A DNA stretch of 64,000 nt, from the NCBI GenBank assembly GCA_964618765.1, contig CAZUDZ010000001.1, forward strand, positions 5,826 through 69,825, written 5' to 3'. Every line of letters starts with the position of its first letter. Within the stretch, counting starts at the first letter, position 1. The notes under the pieces were generated by a model. That model saw nothing but the letters and a program-made list of their open reading frames with translations, had not been told where the DNA came from and did not search any database. The position numbers and the translations under genes are program-made. This DNA is from an uncultured Candidatus Saccharibacteria bacterium (lineage in GTDB: Bacteria; Patescibacteriota; Dojkabacteria; SC72). This document shows positions 1-9,682 of this stretch, piece after piece.

Positions 1-741
1 AGAAATATGGCGTATGGAGTACTGAATTTGAATGACGCAATAGCCGTTTCTTCGAATATTTACTTCTGTGAATTAATCAGGAACTGGGATATGAATAAGC
101 TTGTACCGTATTTGGAGAAGTTTGGTATAGGTAAATATACAGGAATAGATATTCCTGGGGAAGCCCCTGGTAGACTTCCTTCTCCAGAAAATAAAGTTGC
201 CCTTGCCAATAGTACTAGTCCATGGTTAGAACCTGTTTGGTATCCAGAGGGAGATTCTTGCAACTCTGTAATTGGACAGGGCATTACCTTAACTACACCA
301 ATCCAAATGGCAAATTGGACCTCAGCACTGGCTAACGAAGGAACTTTACACACACCCCATGTGGGTGACTATCTACTAGATGAGCGGGGAAACAGAGAAA
401 CTTTGGAGAATGAACCAATATATACAAATATTGTATCTAAGGATTCCATTAAAACAGTTAAGGAGGGTATGTGGTCAGCTGTAAATGGTCCTAGAGCTAC
501 AATTAGGAACCTAGCTGGCTTGTCAGTTAAGGTTGCTGCTAAAACAGGAACAGCAGAGTTTGGTCGTCTAAGTAAAGATGGGGTATATGAGAATACGCAT
601 GCATGGGCTACAAGCTTTTTCCCATATGAAAAGCCAGAATACACTTTAACTGTGTTCTTGGAGGATGGAGGAGAAAGTTACAATGCAGTAAGCTTAATTA
701 GGGAGATGATAGAGTGGATGACTAAGAATAAGTTCATCTAA
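1..741 (+). CDS. Penicillin-binding protein, C-terminal transpeptidase part. The gene is truncated at the 5' edge of the window.
   Basis: The frame is open from base 1. It contains the PBP KTG(T/S) box (KTGTAEF) and an SxN-like motif typical of transpeptidase domains. The N-terminus lies outside the window. Confidence 0.7.
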   Translation, partial: RNMAYGVLNLNDAIAVSSNIYFCELIRNWDMNKLVPYLEKFGIGKYTGIDIPGEAPGRLPSPENKVALANSTSPWLEPVWYPEGDSCNSVIGQGITLTTPIQMANWTSALANEGTLHTPHVGDYLLDERGNRETLENEPIYTNIVSKDSIKTVKEGMWSAVNGPRATIRNLAGLSVKVAAKTGTAEFGRLSKDGVYENTHAWATSFFPYEKPEYTLTVFLEDGGESYNAVSLIREMIEWMTKNKFI

Positions 742-769
742 TTTTAACAATTGAATGCCATAATTATGC

Positions 770-1435
770 ATGGCAATACTCCATGAGAGGGATTTTCCTT
801 TCCTCTTAAAACAGGCAGTTCCTAATCTTAAGAAATTATACTATGTAGGAGATGTATCTTTATTTCAGATGAGATGTGTAACTTTTGTTGGCACAAGAGA
901 TATTACGAATTACGGCCGATGGGTAATACAGCATCTCTTGGGAGATTTTCTTAAAAAAGCAGAGATAGCTGTAGTGAGTGGGCTTGCCAAGGGTGTAGAT
1001 GCATTTGTGCATGAGACTTGTCTTGAAAGAGGGATTAAGACGATAGCGATAGTCCCAGGATCCATATCTTCAGCTATCCCGCGTTGCAATATTAAGATAT
1101 TTGAAAATTTAAAAAGTAAGGGGTTAATCTTAGCGGAGTATCCAGAGGAAACTAACTTTAGGAAAGAGATGTTTGTTTTAAGAAACAGGCTTCTTGCGGC
1201 AATCTCCCAAACAGTTGTTGTAGTAGAGGCTGGAGTTAAGAGTGGCTCTTTGATAACGGCTAACATTGCGCTGGAGTACAATCGTGACATCTATACTATC
1301 CCAGGGAATATAAATAGTAAGGTTTCGCAGGGGTGCAATGTATTAGCTAAACAAGGAGCGGGTGTGATTACAGGCCTAAATGATTTCAAAGAATCTCTAG
1401 GAATTGAGAGTGATCAGGTGTTCCTGAGAATTTAA
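770..1435 (+). CDS. dprA: DNA-processing protein DprA/Smf, Rossmann-fold domain only
   Basis: Matches the DprA Rossmann core: VVSGLAKGVDAFVHE...IAIVPGS...FVLRNRLLAAISQTVVVVEAGVKSGSLITA...YTIPGNI. At 221 aa it lacks the N-terminal SAM and C-terminal DML1 domains. Confidence 0.7.
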   Translation: MAILHERDFPFLLKQAVPNLKKLYYVGDVSLFQMRCVTFVGTRDITNYGRWVIQHLLGDFLKKAEIAVVSGLAKGVDAFVHETCLERGIKTIAIVPGSISSAIPRCNIKIFENLKSKGLILAEYPEETNFRKEMFVLRNRLLAAISQTVVVVEAGVKSGSLITANIALEYNRDIYTIPGNINSKVSQGCNVLAKQGAGVITGLNDFKESLGIESDQVFLRI

Positions 1436-1499
1436 AATATTTGTATAAGGAAAATGAACAAATTTGACAAGTTTGAATTGATTAAGGTATTTTAGACCT

Positions 1500-3626
1500 A
1501 TGAGTAAAAAAGATTACAAAAATTTGTTAATAGTCGAGTCCCCATCTAAAGCCAAGACCATAAATAAATACTTGGGAGAAGACTTTAAGGTAATGGCAAC
1601 AGTAGGGCATGTAATTGATTTGCCTAAAAGTAAATTAGGAGTAGATGTGGAAAACGGATATGAGCCACAGCTTGAAACAATCTACGGTAAAGGTAAAGTT
1701 GTAAAAGAACTTAAGAAGGCAGTGCCTAAAGATGGGCAAGTATATTTAGCAATGGATCCAGATAGGGAGGGGGAGGCCATAGCATTTCATGTTTCTAACG
1801 CATTAGAGTTAAAACCATCTAAAACTAAAAGGGTAACATTCCATGAGATTACGCAAGATGCTGTAAAAGAAGCCGTAGATAATCCGGGAGACATTAATAT
1901 AAATCTTGTTGAAGCTCAAAAAGCCAGAAGAGTACTAGATAGGTTAGTAGGCTACAAGCTCTCTGAGTTAATATGGAAGAAGATATGGTACGGACTCTCT
2001 GCAGGTAGAGTTCAATCTGTTGCATTAAGGTTAGTTGTTGAAAAGGAAGAGGAGAGAGATGCTTTTAAAGAGGAGGAGTATTGGGAAGTATCAGTTAAGT
2101 TAAAAGATCAGGAGAAAAATATTGTTGTTGCAAAACTAGCTAAAAAGGATGGGAAAAAATATATTCCTAAAGATCAAAAGGAGGTAGATGATATCCAGGG
2201 GGGTATTGGGGAAAGTAGATTTCTGGTTAAAGAAGTAACTAAGAAAGAGTTAAGTAGACATGCATATCCTCCATTTACAACTTCAACACTTCAACAGACA
2301 GCCAATACAGTTTTGGGGTATACATCTAAAAGGACAATGGGTATGGCACAAGTACTGTACCAGTCAGGATACATCACATATATGCGTACAGACTCAGTAT
2401 ATCTTGCAGATAAAGCGATTAAAGAGATCAGGAAGTTGGTAGAGGAAAGGTATGGGAAAGAGTATATTCCTGCTAAACCTAATTACTACAAAAATAGGTC
2501 TAAAAATGCACAAGAAGCACATGAGGCCATAAGACCAACGGATTTTGGTGTTACTGTTTCTAAGATAGAAAAAGAGCATGGGAAAGCAGCAGCTAAATTG
2601 TATGAGTTAATATGGAAGAGGTCTGTTTCCAGTCAAATGGTTAGTAAAGAAGTAGAAGCCTTAAAAGTATCCTTGGTTCCTAAGGATTTAGATAATCCAG
2701 AATACATATTTACTTTAGGAGGAGAGAGAACAATTTTTGATGGCTTTAGAAAGGTGTTAGGAGGAAAGAAACAGGATGATGATTTGCAAGAAATTGCACT
2801 CTTAAAGGAGGGTGATGAATTAGAGAAAATAGAGTTTGTAAATGAGCAGAAGTTTACACAACCTCCAGCTAGGTATACAGAAGCCTCATTGATTAAGAAG
2901 CTTGAGGCCTTGGGGATTGGTAGGCCTTCGACATACTCTTCCATAATTTCTACTATTCGTTCAAGGGGGTATGTAGAATTTGAAGCTAGAGCGATTTTCC
3001 CAACAGATGTTGGAAGGGTTGTAACCCATTTTCTAAAAGATAATTTTAAACGATTACTTGATTACAAATATACAGCGAAGGTTGAAGATGAACTCGATAG
3101 TATTGCGTTAGGGAAAAAAGAATATTTCCCGGTAATAGATGAAGAGTACAGATCTTTAATGGACAATATCGGCAAAGCAGACAAGGGAGTAAACAAGGAG
3201 GATGTTGTAATACTAGGGGAGTCCGATGAGAGATGCCCCGAATGTAAGGGTGAAATGGTTGTAAGGATAGGGAGATACGGTAAGTTTTTAAGTTGTAAAA
3301 ACTTCCCAGAGTGTAAAGGGATGAAAGATTTAAGTGGAGGAGAGGAGAGTTTGGATTATGATAAATACTTTAAACCTAAAGAGTGTCCAAAATGTAAGTC
3401 TAGATTGATTCTTAAGAATGGTAAGTATGGGAAGTTTTGGGCTTGTGAGAAATATCCTGAATGTAAGGGTGTTGTGCCACTACTTCTGAATGAGAAGTGT
3501 CCAGAGTGTGGGCATCATTTGGTCGAAAGAAGAAGCAAATGGGGTAAATCATTTATTGGTTGTAGTAATTATCCCAATTGTAAATATATTAAGAAGAGTA
3601 AATCAAAGAAGAAGAGCAAGAGTTAA
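1500..3626 (+). CDS. topA: DNA topoisomerase I with four C-terminal zinc ribbons
   Basis: TOPRIM N-terminus (LLIVESPSKAKTI), active-site region GYITYMRTDS, four CxxC...CxxC zinc-ribbon repeats and a Lys/Ser-rich tail. Confidence 0.9.
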   Translation: MSKKDYKNLLIVESPSKAKTINKYLGEDFKVMATVGHVIDLPKSKLGVDVENGYEPQLETIYGKGKVVKELKKAVPKDGQVYLAMDPDREGEAIAFHVSNALELKPSKTKRVTFHEITQDAVKEAVDNPGDININLVEAQKARRVLDRLVGYKLSELIWKKIWYGLSAGRVQSVALRLVVEKEEERDAFKEEEYWEVSVKLKDQEKNIVVAKLAKKDGKKYIPKDQKEVDDIQGGIGESRFLVKEVTKKELSRHAYPPFTTSTLQQTANTVLGYTSKRTMGMAQVLYQSGYITYMRTDSVYLADKAIKEIRKLVEERYGKEYIPAKPNYYKNRSKNAQEAHEAIRPTDFGVTVSKIEKEHGKAAAKLYELIWKRSVSSQMVSKEVEALKVSLVPKDLDNPEYIFTLGGERTIFDGFRKVLGGKKQDDDLQEIALLKEGDELEKIEFVNEQKFTQPPARYTEASLIKKLEALGIGRPSTYSSIISTIRSRGYVEFEARAIFPTDVGRVVTHFLKDNFKRLLDYKYTAKVEDELDSIALGKKEYFPVIDEEYRSLMDNIGKADKGVNKEDVVILGESDERCPECKGEMVVRIGRYGKFLSCKNFPECKGMKDLSGGEESLDYDKYFKPKECPKCKSRLILKNGKYGKFWACEKYPECKGVVPLLLNEKCPECGHHLVERRSKWGKSFIGCSNYPNCKYIKKSKSKKKSKS

Positions 3627-3767
3627 ACTACTCTTAATAACTATTTATGTAAAACTGTACGAAATTGCTCAGGAGCTCTTTTAGAGAATGCCTCAATTAG
3701 ATTCTTATTGTCTGTTTCTCTTTAACAAAGGTTTGGGAGGAGCTTATAGTGTGATATACTTGTTGCT

Positions 3768-5123
3768 ATGTCTGCACTTTTAGAGCAACACAACCTAGAT
3801 ACTTCTCAATCGGAGAAAGGGAATTCCCCTTTTTTTGTTATCGGTTCAGAATCAATCTCTTCTGATAAGAAATTCAGTAGAAGAAGAAGGTATGAGTTAT
3901 GGGAGGGAGAATTAGATGAGCAGCTTTTCCGAGAATTAAGTCATATGACCTTGTTAAAATTTAATCCAAATAGGACGGTATATGACAATAAATATAGAAA
4001 AAGGCGCCAATATCAAGGAAATCTATTCTGGGATCAGGAGGGTCTAGGTTCTCTACCATTGGAGGAAGATGATTGTGAAAAAATTAAGAGTTTTTTAATG
4101 CCAAAGGAGAACATAACATATGATGAGGCAGAAGCAATATTAGCAGGAGACCCTAACTTGTTAGTTTCTACCATGACTCTTCTTGTTAGCAACTACCTAC
4201 GAGAAATGAAGAAGGCAGAGGAGAATTTACTTAAAACTATGAACCCTGATAGTGGGAGTCCTGTTTTCTTGCCATTTCTCTTTACAGACGAAGAGGAGAA
4301 AATCTTTTTTACGGGTAAGACATTACTTTTGGAATTAAATAGACATGTAAATAGTACTTATGTTGTTGATTTAATAACAAAAGCTGATGAAATAATTACT
4401 GCTTTTAATCTTTTACTAGTCGCAAGTCTTGTTAGCAAACACAATATATATCTTGCGAGAGAGGACGCTTTCCAAGATGGTTGCATTGGTCTGTTAAGGA
4501 GCTTGGAGGATTTCGATATTGATAAAGATAAGAAGTTTTCTACCTATGCCTCTTGGTGGATAAAGCAAAAAATAAAGAGAGCTAACAGTGATAAAGGTGC
4601 TGAAATAAGGGTCCCGACACACTTGGGGAATAGGGTTAACAGAATTCTTAAGGAGGTTAATACCAAGTACAAGATGAATTCTGGGTGTAGCCGAGAACAG
4701 ATTCTTGAAGAAATCTTAGAAAAATATTCTTCTACTCGGCGAAAGAATATTAAGGCTGCTATAAATAGCCGTAACATCTTCTCCTTAGACGAAAAGAGAA
4801 ACAGTGAAGATGATGAGTATTCCCTTTTAGATAGAATTGCTTCCAAGTCTGATAAGGTAATGAAGGCTCTAGAGGATATAGAGAGGAAAGAGATAGTTCG
4901 GCAGATATTTGATCACACAGATTTTACACCAATAGAAAGGAGAATAATAAAATATAGGTTTGGTATAGGGCAGCCTGATGGGGAGATCCTTCCTTTAAAA
5001 GAAATTGGGAGGAGAGAGGGTGTTACAGGAGAAGCAATTAGACAAACAGAAGTAAAAGCTCTAGAGAAATTGGGGAAAGGTTTAATCAAGTTAGGGCTAA
5101 AGAAAGAAGATATCCTGTATTAA
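3768..5123 (+). CDS. rpoD: RNA polymerase sigma-70 family factor, primary-sigma architecture
   Basis: Region 2 (IGLLRSLEDFDIDKDKKFSTYASWWIKQKIKRA), region 3, and a region 4 helix-turn-helix (GEAIRQTEVKALEKL). The long acidic N-terminal region is typical of group 1 sigmas. Confidence 0.75.
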   Translation: MSALLEQHNLDTSQSEKGNSPFFVIGSESISSDKKFSRRRRYELWEGELDEQLFRELSHMTLLKFNPNRTVYDNKYRKRRQYQGNLFWDQEGLGSLPLEEDDCEKIKSFLMPKENITYDEAEAILAGDPNLLVSTMTLLVSNYLREMKKAEENLLKTMNPDSGSPVFLPFLFTDEEEKIFFTGKTLLLELNRHVNSTYVVDLITKADEIITAFNLLLVASLVSKHNIYLAREDAFQDGCIGLLRSLEDFDIDKDKKFSTYASWWIKQKIKRANSDKGAEIRVPTHLGNRVNRILKEVNTKYKMNSGCSREQILEEILEKYSSTRRKNIKAAINSRNIFSLDEKRNSEDDEYSLLDRIASKSDKVMKALEDIERKEIVRQIFDHTDFTPIERRIIKYRFGIGQPDGEILPLKEIGRREGVTGEAIRQTEVKALEKLGKGLIKLGLKKEDILY

Positions 5124-5180
5124 AAAGAAAAAAGTAACGGTTAATCTCTTTTTAATAACTATTCACTATGATAGTTATAT

Positions 5181-5816
5181 ATGCTTCCTAGAGAGAAATA
5201 TTTAGAAAAAGGTATAGATAATCTTACGGATATGGATATCATTGCCATAATAGTTGGTAGTGGGATAAAAGGGAAGGATTTCTTAAGTGTATCAAGAAGT
5301 GTCATTAGTAAAATGAGAAAGATAGCTAAGGATGGTAAGGAGATAGAGATTTCAGATATTGTACAAATTAACGGTGTGGGTATTGTTACTGCCATGAGAA
5401 TCCTTTGCGGGATAGAGTTGGGTAAAAGGTTATACAATCTACAAAAGAATGATATGGCTTTGGTGAGGAATTCTCAGGAGGCCTACACTGCTCTTAGAGA
5501 TATTGGTAGTAGAAAGCAGGAGCATGTAGTTGCACTGTTTCTCAATTCTAGATTTGAGGTATTGGATAGAAGAGTTATATGCATTGGAAGTCTAGATGGA
5601 GTTACAGTATTACCTAGGGATATAATAATACCTGCATTAGAGCTTAATGCTAGTAGTGTTGTCGTTGCACACAATCACCCATCAGGAGATCCAACTCCTA
5701 GTCACGAGGATATTGTCATAACAAAAAGAATACAGGAAGGATTAGAATTGGTAGGTCTAAACTTATTGGACCACATCATTATTAGCAAAGAAAATTGGAG
5801 GAGGGTAGAGAGTTGA
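5181..5816 (+). CDS. radC: RadC-like JAB/MPN domain protein
   Basis: N-terminal HhH-like segment followed by the JAMM motif HNHPSGDPTPSHED. Confidence 0.85.
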   Translation: MLPREKYLEKGIDNLTDMDIIAIIVGSGIKGKDFLSVSRSVISKMRKIAKDGKEIEISDIVQINGVGIVTAMRILCGIELGKRLYNLQKNDMALVRNSQEAYTALRDIGSRKQEHVVALFLNSRFEVLDRRVICIGSLDGVTVLPRDIIIPALELNASSVVVAHNHPSGDPTPSHEDIVITKRIQEGLELVGLNLLDHIIISKENWRRVES

Positions 5817-5832
5817 ATAGGTATTAATAAAG

Positions 5833-5861
5833 TTGCCAAGAACTCTTTTACTTTGTATAAT
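5833..5861 (+). promoter_or_regulatory. Sigma-70-type promoter upstream of rpsB: -35 TTGCCA, 17-nt spacer, -10 TATAAT
   Basis: TTGCCA at 5833-5838 and a perfect TATAAT at 5856-5861 with exactly 17 nt between them, about 90 nt upstream of the rpsB start and its AGGAAAGGA Shine-Dalgarno. Confidence 0.55.
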
Positions 5862-5950
5862 CCAACTGTTCATTTAATATATCTCATATATCTTTGTTCC
5901 AATCCTGGACATAGTCCAACAAAGATATTAATAAAAGGAAAGGAAAAAAA

Positions 5951-7081
5951 ATGTCAGAAGTTAAAAAAGAAGTCTTAAAGGAAACTGAGACTAAAAATAA
6001 AAGTTTTCAGATACCAGAACTAATAGATTTTCTAAGAGCGGGAGCTCATTTCGGGCATAAAAAAAGTGCTTGGAATCCTCGTATGAAGAAATATATCTAC
6101 GAAGAAAGAAATGGTATCCATATAATTGATCTTGTTAAAACAAGAGAAATTCTCGAGAAGGTATTAAAAAAGTTAGAAGATTTTTCAAACAAAGGAAATG
6201 TTCTCATTGTTGGAACTAAAGGACAAGCTGCTTCCGTTATACAAAAGGTTGCAGAAGAGAACGGTATGTTTTACATTAACCAAAGATGGATGGGTGGTCT
6301 CTTTACTAATTTTGATGTAATTAAAAAGAGTGTTCATGATTTAGTTAAGATGGAGGAACAGCTAGCAAGTGGTTTGCAAGGATATGTTAAGAAGGAGAGG
6401 CTCCTTTTACAGAAAGATATTGAAAGGTTAGACAGAATATACAAAGGAATTAAATTTATGGAAAAGCTTCCTGAGGTAGTTTTGGTGATTGATAGCCAAG
6501 TTGAAAAGAATGCAATTAAAGAGGCAAATAAAGTAGGTGTCCCAATAATAGCTTTAATAGATACAAATTGTAATCCAGACTTAATAACCTACCCAATTCC
6601 CGCAAATGATGACTCAATTAAGAGTATTTCTCTTTTCGTAAAACTCTTTGGAGAAGTTGTTGGTAAGAGTAAAAAATCTCTCTCTGTCGTATCTTTAAGG
6701 AGAGACCATGAAGCAAAATTAGAGAAGATTAAAAGAGAGTATGAGGAAGAGAAAGAGAGGATGGAGAGAATAGAGGAGGAGGAAAGACGAAGAATGAAAG
6801 CGTTAAGGGAGGGTAAGGTAGAAACGAAAGAGGTAGGTTCTGTGGTGAGGGTTGTGAAGAAAGAGAAAGATATAGAGGCTGACGTAAAGGCAGCGGAAGA
6901 AGTCAAAGAGAGTTCCAAGGGTATTGAGGAGTTAGGTCTTTCAACCAGAACAGAGAATGCACTAAAAGGGGCAAAAATTAAAACAGTACGAGATCTTAAA
7001 GGATACTCCAAGGAAGAGATGAGGGAAATTAGTGGTATAGGTCCCAAGTCAATAGAGGAGATTCAGAAGGCGATAAAGTAG
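5951..7081 (+). CDS. rpsB: 30S ribosomal protein S2 with a long C-terminal extension: a charged coiled-coil linker plus an HhH domain resembling the RNA polymerase alpha C-terminal domain
   Basis: The S2 core occupies about aa 1-240 (FGHKKSAWNPRM, VLIVGTKGQA, PIIALIDTNCNPD). The 376 aa length compares with about 250 for typical S2. The tail reads GIEELGLSTRTENALKGAKIKTVRDL...EMREISGIGPKSIEEIQKAIK. Confidence 0.9.
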   Translation: MSEVKKEVLKETETKNKSFQIPELIDFLRAGAHFGHKKSAWNPRMKKYIYEERNGIHIIDLVKTREILEKVLKKLEDFSNKGNVLIVGTKGQAASVIQKVAEENGMFYINQRWMGGLFTNFDVIKKSVHDLVKMEEQLASGLQGYVKKERLLLQKDIERLDRIYKGIKFMEKLPEVVLVIDSQVEKNAIKEANKVGVPIIALIDTNCNPDLITYPIPANDDSIKSISLFVKLFGEVVGKSKKSLSVVSLRRDHEAKLEKIKREYEEEKERMERIEEEERRRMKALREGKVETKEVGSVVRVVKKEKDIEADVKAAEEVKESSKGIEELGLSTRTENALKGAKIKTVRDLKGYSKEEMREISGIGPKSIEEIQKAIK

Positions 7082-7105
7082 GTAATAATTTAAGTATATA
7101 AAGAT

Positions 7106-7819
7106 ATGGCAGTAACAGTTGAAGAAATTAAAGAATTAAGAGCTAAAACATCAGCTGGTATGGCTCTTTGTAAAGAAGCACTAGTTAAATCAGATGGAGA
7201 TATGGGTAAGGCTGTTGAGTACATAAACAAGAGGAGTGATGTTATTAGCCGATTAAGAAATTTAACTGGGGCAAAGATAGGATTATGTAAGTTAGCTTTT
7301 GAAGATGCGGGTAAAGATTTTGAGAAAGCAGTTGAAATTATAAAAGAAAGAGGATGGGATAAACCAGTAGGGGCAGAGGAAACAGAAAAAGCAGAGGGAA
7401 TCATAGAGGCATATGTTCATGGAAAAGATAAGCGATTAGCTGCTTTAGTAGAGATAAAGTGCAAAACAGACTTTGTTGCAAGAAATGAAGATTTTAGAGA
7501 ATTTGCTCACGAAGTAGTACTACAGGTCGCAGCAATGAAGCCTGAATATATATCGAAAGATGATATCTCAGAACCTGAGGTTGCTAAACTAAAAGACCTC
7601 TTCAAGAAGGAGGCCCAAGCAGAAGGCAGGCCTGGCAATATAATCGGCAAGATCGTGGAGGGTAAGTTAACAAAATACTATAGTGAGAAATGTTTACTTG
7701 AACAGAGGTGGTTTAAAGATGAGGAAAAAACTATAGGGAACCTCTTGGACACCGCCATTCAGAAATTAGGTGAGCCCATAGAGATATCGAGAATATTACT
7801 TTGGGAATTAGGTAAGTAA
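7106..7819 (+). CDS. tsf: Elongation factor Ts
   Basis: N-terminal UBA-like EEIKELRAKTSAGMALCKEAL and the EF-Ts core. It sits directly downstream of rpsB. Confidence 0.9.
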   Translation: MAVTVEEIKELRAKTSAGMALCKEALVKSDGDMGKAVEYINKRSDVISRLRNLTGAKIGLCKLAFEDAGKDFEKAVEIIKERGWDKPVGAEETEKAEGIIEAYVHGKDKRLAALVEIKCKTDFVARNEDFREFAHEVVLQVAAMKPEYISKDDISEPEVAKLKDLFKKEAQAEGRPGNIIGKIVEGKLTKYYSEKCLLEQRWFKDEEKTIGNLLDTAIQKLGEPIEISRILLWELGK

Positions 7820-7907
7820 TTATTAAAATTTCCTGTTTCATATATTTGTAATTTCTGAACACTTGTCAACCTCTCTCCATTGATATACAATTATTTGTTA
7901 ATAATAT

Positions 7908-8468
7908 TTGTATAAAGGCTTTATGAACGAAGATCTATTTAAAAAAGATATAGAGAAATGCATTGAATTTCTTCAAGAAGATCTCTCTCAAATTAGAACA
8001 GGAAGAGCAACTCCAGAACTGGTAGAAGAGGTTACTGTGAAGGCATATAACACAACATCTCCATTAAAGAATTTAGCAACAATTAGTATATTAGATGCTA
8101 AAAGTATAAATGTACAACCTTGGGACAAGGGTATTCTAGAGGATGTGGGGAAAGGTTTAGAAAGTGCTAATCTTGGTTTCTCTGTAATCATGGAAGGAGA
8201 AAGAGTCTTAGTTAAACTGCCAGATTTAACTGAGGAGAGAAGGAAAGAGTATGTAAAGATCATGAAAGAGAGGATTGAAGATGCAAGAGTAGCAGTAAGA
8301 CAAGTAAGACAGAAGTATATGAAGGAAATAGATGAAGAGGAGAAAGATGGTCTTTCTGAGGACATGGCAAGTAGACAGAGGGAGGATATAGAGAAAGTTG
8401 TAAAAGAGGTAAATGAAAGAATAGAAAGAATAAGAGAAGAGAAGGAAAAAGAGCTTACAACAATCTAA
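7908..8468 (+). CDS. frr: Ribosome recycling factor
   Basis: IRTGRATPELVEEV...LPDLTEERRKEY...ARVAVRQVRQ matches Frr along its full 186 aa. Confidence 0.9.
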   Translation: MYKGFMNEDLFKKDIEKCIEFLQEDLSQIRTGRATPELVEEVTVKAYNTTSPLKNLATISILDAKSINVQPWDKGILEDVGKGLESANLGFSVIMEGERVLVKLPDLTEERRKEYVKIMKERIEDARVAVRQVRQKYMKEIDEEEKDGLSEDMASRQREDIEKVVKEVNERIERIREEKEKELTTI

Positions 8469-8484
8469 ATTTTATTTGTAATAG

Positions 8485-9621
8485 ATGGTTTCCATTTTAA
8501 TAAACATAATTCTTTTCATCCTTGTAATAGGGTTTTTAACCTTTGTACATGAGTTAGGTCACTTCCTTGCTGCCAAGTCGATTGGGGCAAAGGTCTATGA
8601 ATTTTCATTAGGTTTTGGTCCTAAACTTCTTTCAAAGAAATATAAAGAGACTCTATACTGTATTAGAATCATTCCTTTGGGTGGATTTGTTAAGATATTG
8701 GGAGATGGTGATCCAAGTGAGTATGAAGGGAGTGTTAAGGATTTAGAGAATAGTAAATATAATTTAAACAATAAAAGTAAGATAGCTCAGATATTTGTTA
8801 TGTTGGCAGGTATCTTAATGAATATCTTGTTTGCAGTTGTCTTCTACTACGCAATCTTAGGACTTAATGGCTGGAAGAGTAATCCCATATATGTTGATTT
8901 AGAGAAAATAAATATAGTTGGTGCGAAGGTTGAGAAGGTAGTAGGTTATCAAGTTGTAGAGAAAGGGAATGCTTCTCAGGCAGGGTTGCCTACATACGGC
9001 ATAATTAAAGAGTTAGGGGGAGTAGAAGTCAATGACAAGGAGCAGCTAGTTGAGATGATCAAGGGTAGTGAGGAGGTTTCTCTTTTTGTTTGTGATGATT
9101 TGGAAGGTGAATGCAATGACTATACTGTAAAAGTAAATGGGGAGGGTCATATAGGGATATATATATCTCATGGTTTTGTTCTTAATTATGATGAAATGAA
9201 GGTTTTTGCTGGTCCTGTGTATTTGATAAATAATCTTAAAATTATAGGTAGAGTATTAGGTTCTTTAATAGGTTCAGCAAGAGAGACGGGTGATTACTCT
9301 GATCTTTCAAATACAGTGTCTGGCCCTATTGGCATATTTCTCTTAATAGATAGTTTGAAGGGCAGGGGTATAGTAGCGTTTCTTTCTTTAATAGCGGATC
9401 TTTCCATATCTCTAGCAATAATGAATCTTTTACCTATTCCTGCATTAGATGGGGGTAGGGTTATGATTGTAGTTTTGGAGGGGGTATTTAGAAAAAAGTT
9501 TAACGAGAAATTTAAAACGGTTGTTATTAACATCAGCATGGTATTGCTCATCCTGTTAGTGGTGTTGGTAATGGTTAAGGATGTTGTTAATATAGATAGT
9601 ATGAGGAGTATGTTTGAGTAG
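8485..9621 (+). CDS. rseP: Site-2 protease RseP-like M50 zinc metalloprotease with a PDZ domain
   Basis: HELGHFLAAK zinc motif in the first transmembrane (TM) helix, a central PDZ-like region, and a C-terminal LDGG motif (NLLPIPALDGGRV). Confidence 0.8.
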   Translation: MVSILINIILFILVIGFLTFVHELGHFLAAKSIGAKVYEFSLGFGPKLLSKKYKETLYCIRIIPLGGFVKILGDGDPSEYEGSVKDLENSKYNLNNKSKIAQIFVMLAGILMNILFAVVFYYAILGLNGWKSNPIYVDLEKINIVGAKVEKVVGYQVVEKGNASQAGLPTYGIIKELGGVEVNDKEQLVEMIKGSEEVSLFVCDDLEGECNDYTVKVNGEGHIGIYISHGFVLNYDEMKVFAGPVYLINNLKIIGRVLGSLIGSARETGDYSDLSNTVSGPIGIFLLIDSLKGRGIVAFLSLIADLSISLAIMNLLPIPALDGGRVMIVVLEGVFRKKFNEKFKTVVINISMVLLILLVVLVMVKDVVNIDSMRSMFE

Positions 9622-9682
9622 TGTAACTAAGTATAAAAGTGGGTGTAAAGTTTAGGTTGTTTGTTGTAATATAAGGATATAA

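Noticed and set aside
60-644. Antisense ORFs (60-353 -, 369-644 -) inside the PBP gene. Similar shadow ORFs appear throughout the six-frame track, e.g. 910-1290, 2394-2944, 4544-4846, 6589-7047, 10330-10920, 11580-12718, 16077-16508, 34797-35810, 38625-39092 and 57132-57569.
   Set aside because: Each lies fully within a well-supported gene on the opposite strand. Their composition is low-complexity, typical of AT-rich antisense frames. None shows a domain signature.
3490-3684. ORF 3490-3684 (+) overlapping the topA 3' end and ORF 2260-2442 (+) inside topA
   Set aside because: These are alternative-frame ORFs inside or overlapping a strongly supported gene, with no independent signals.
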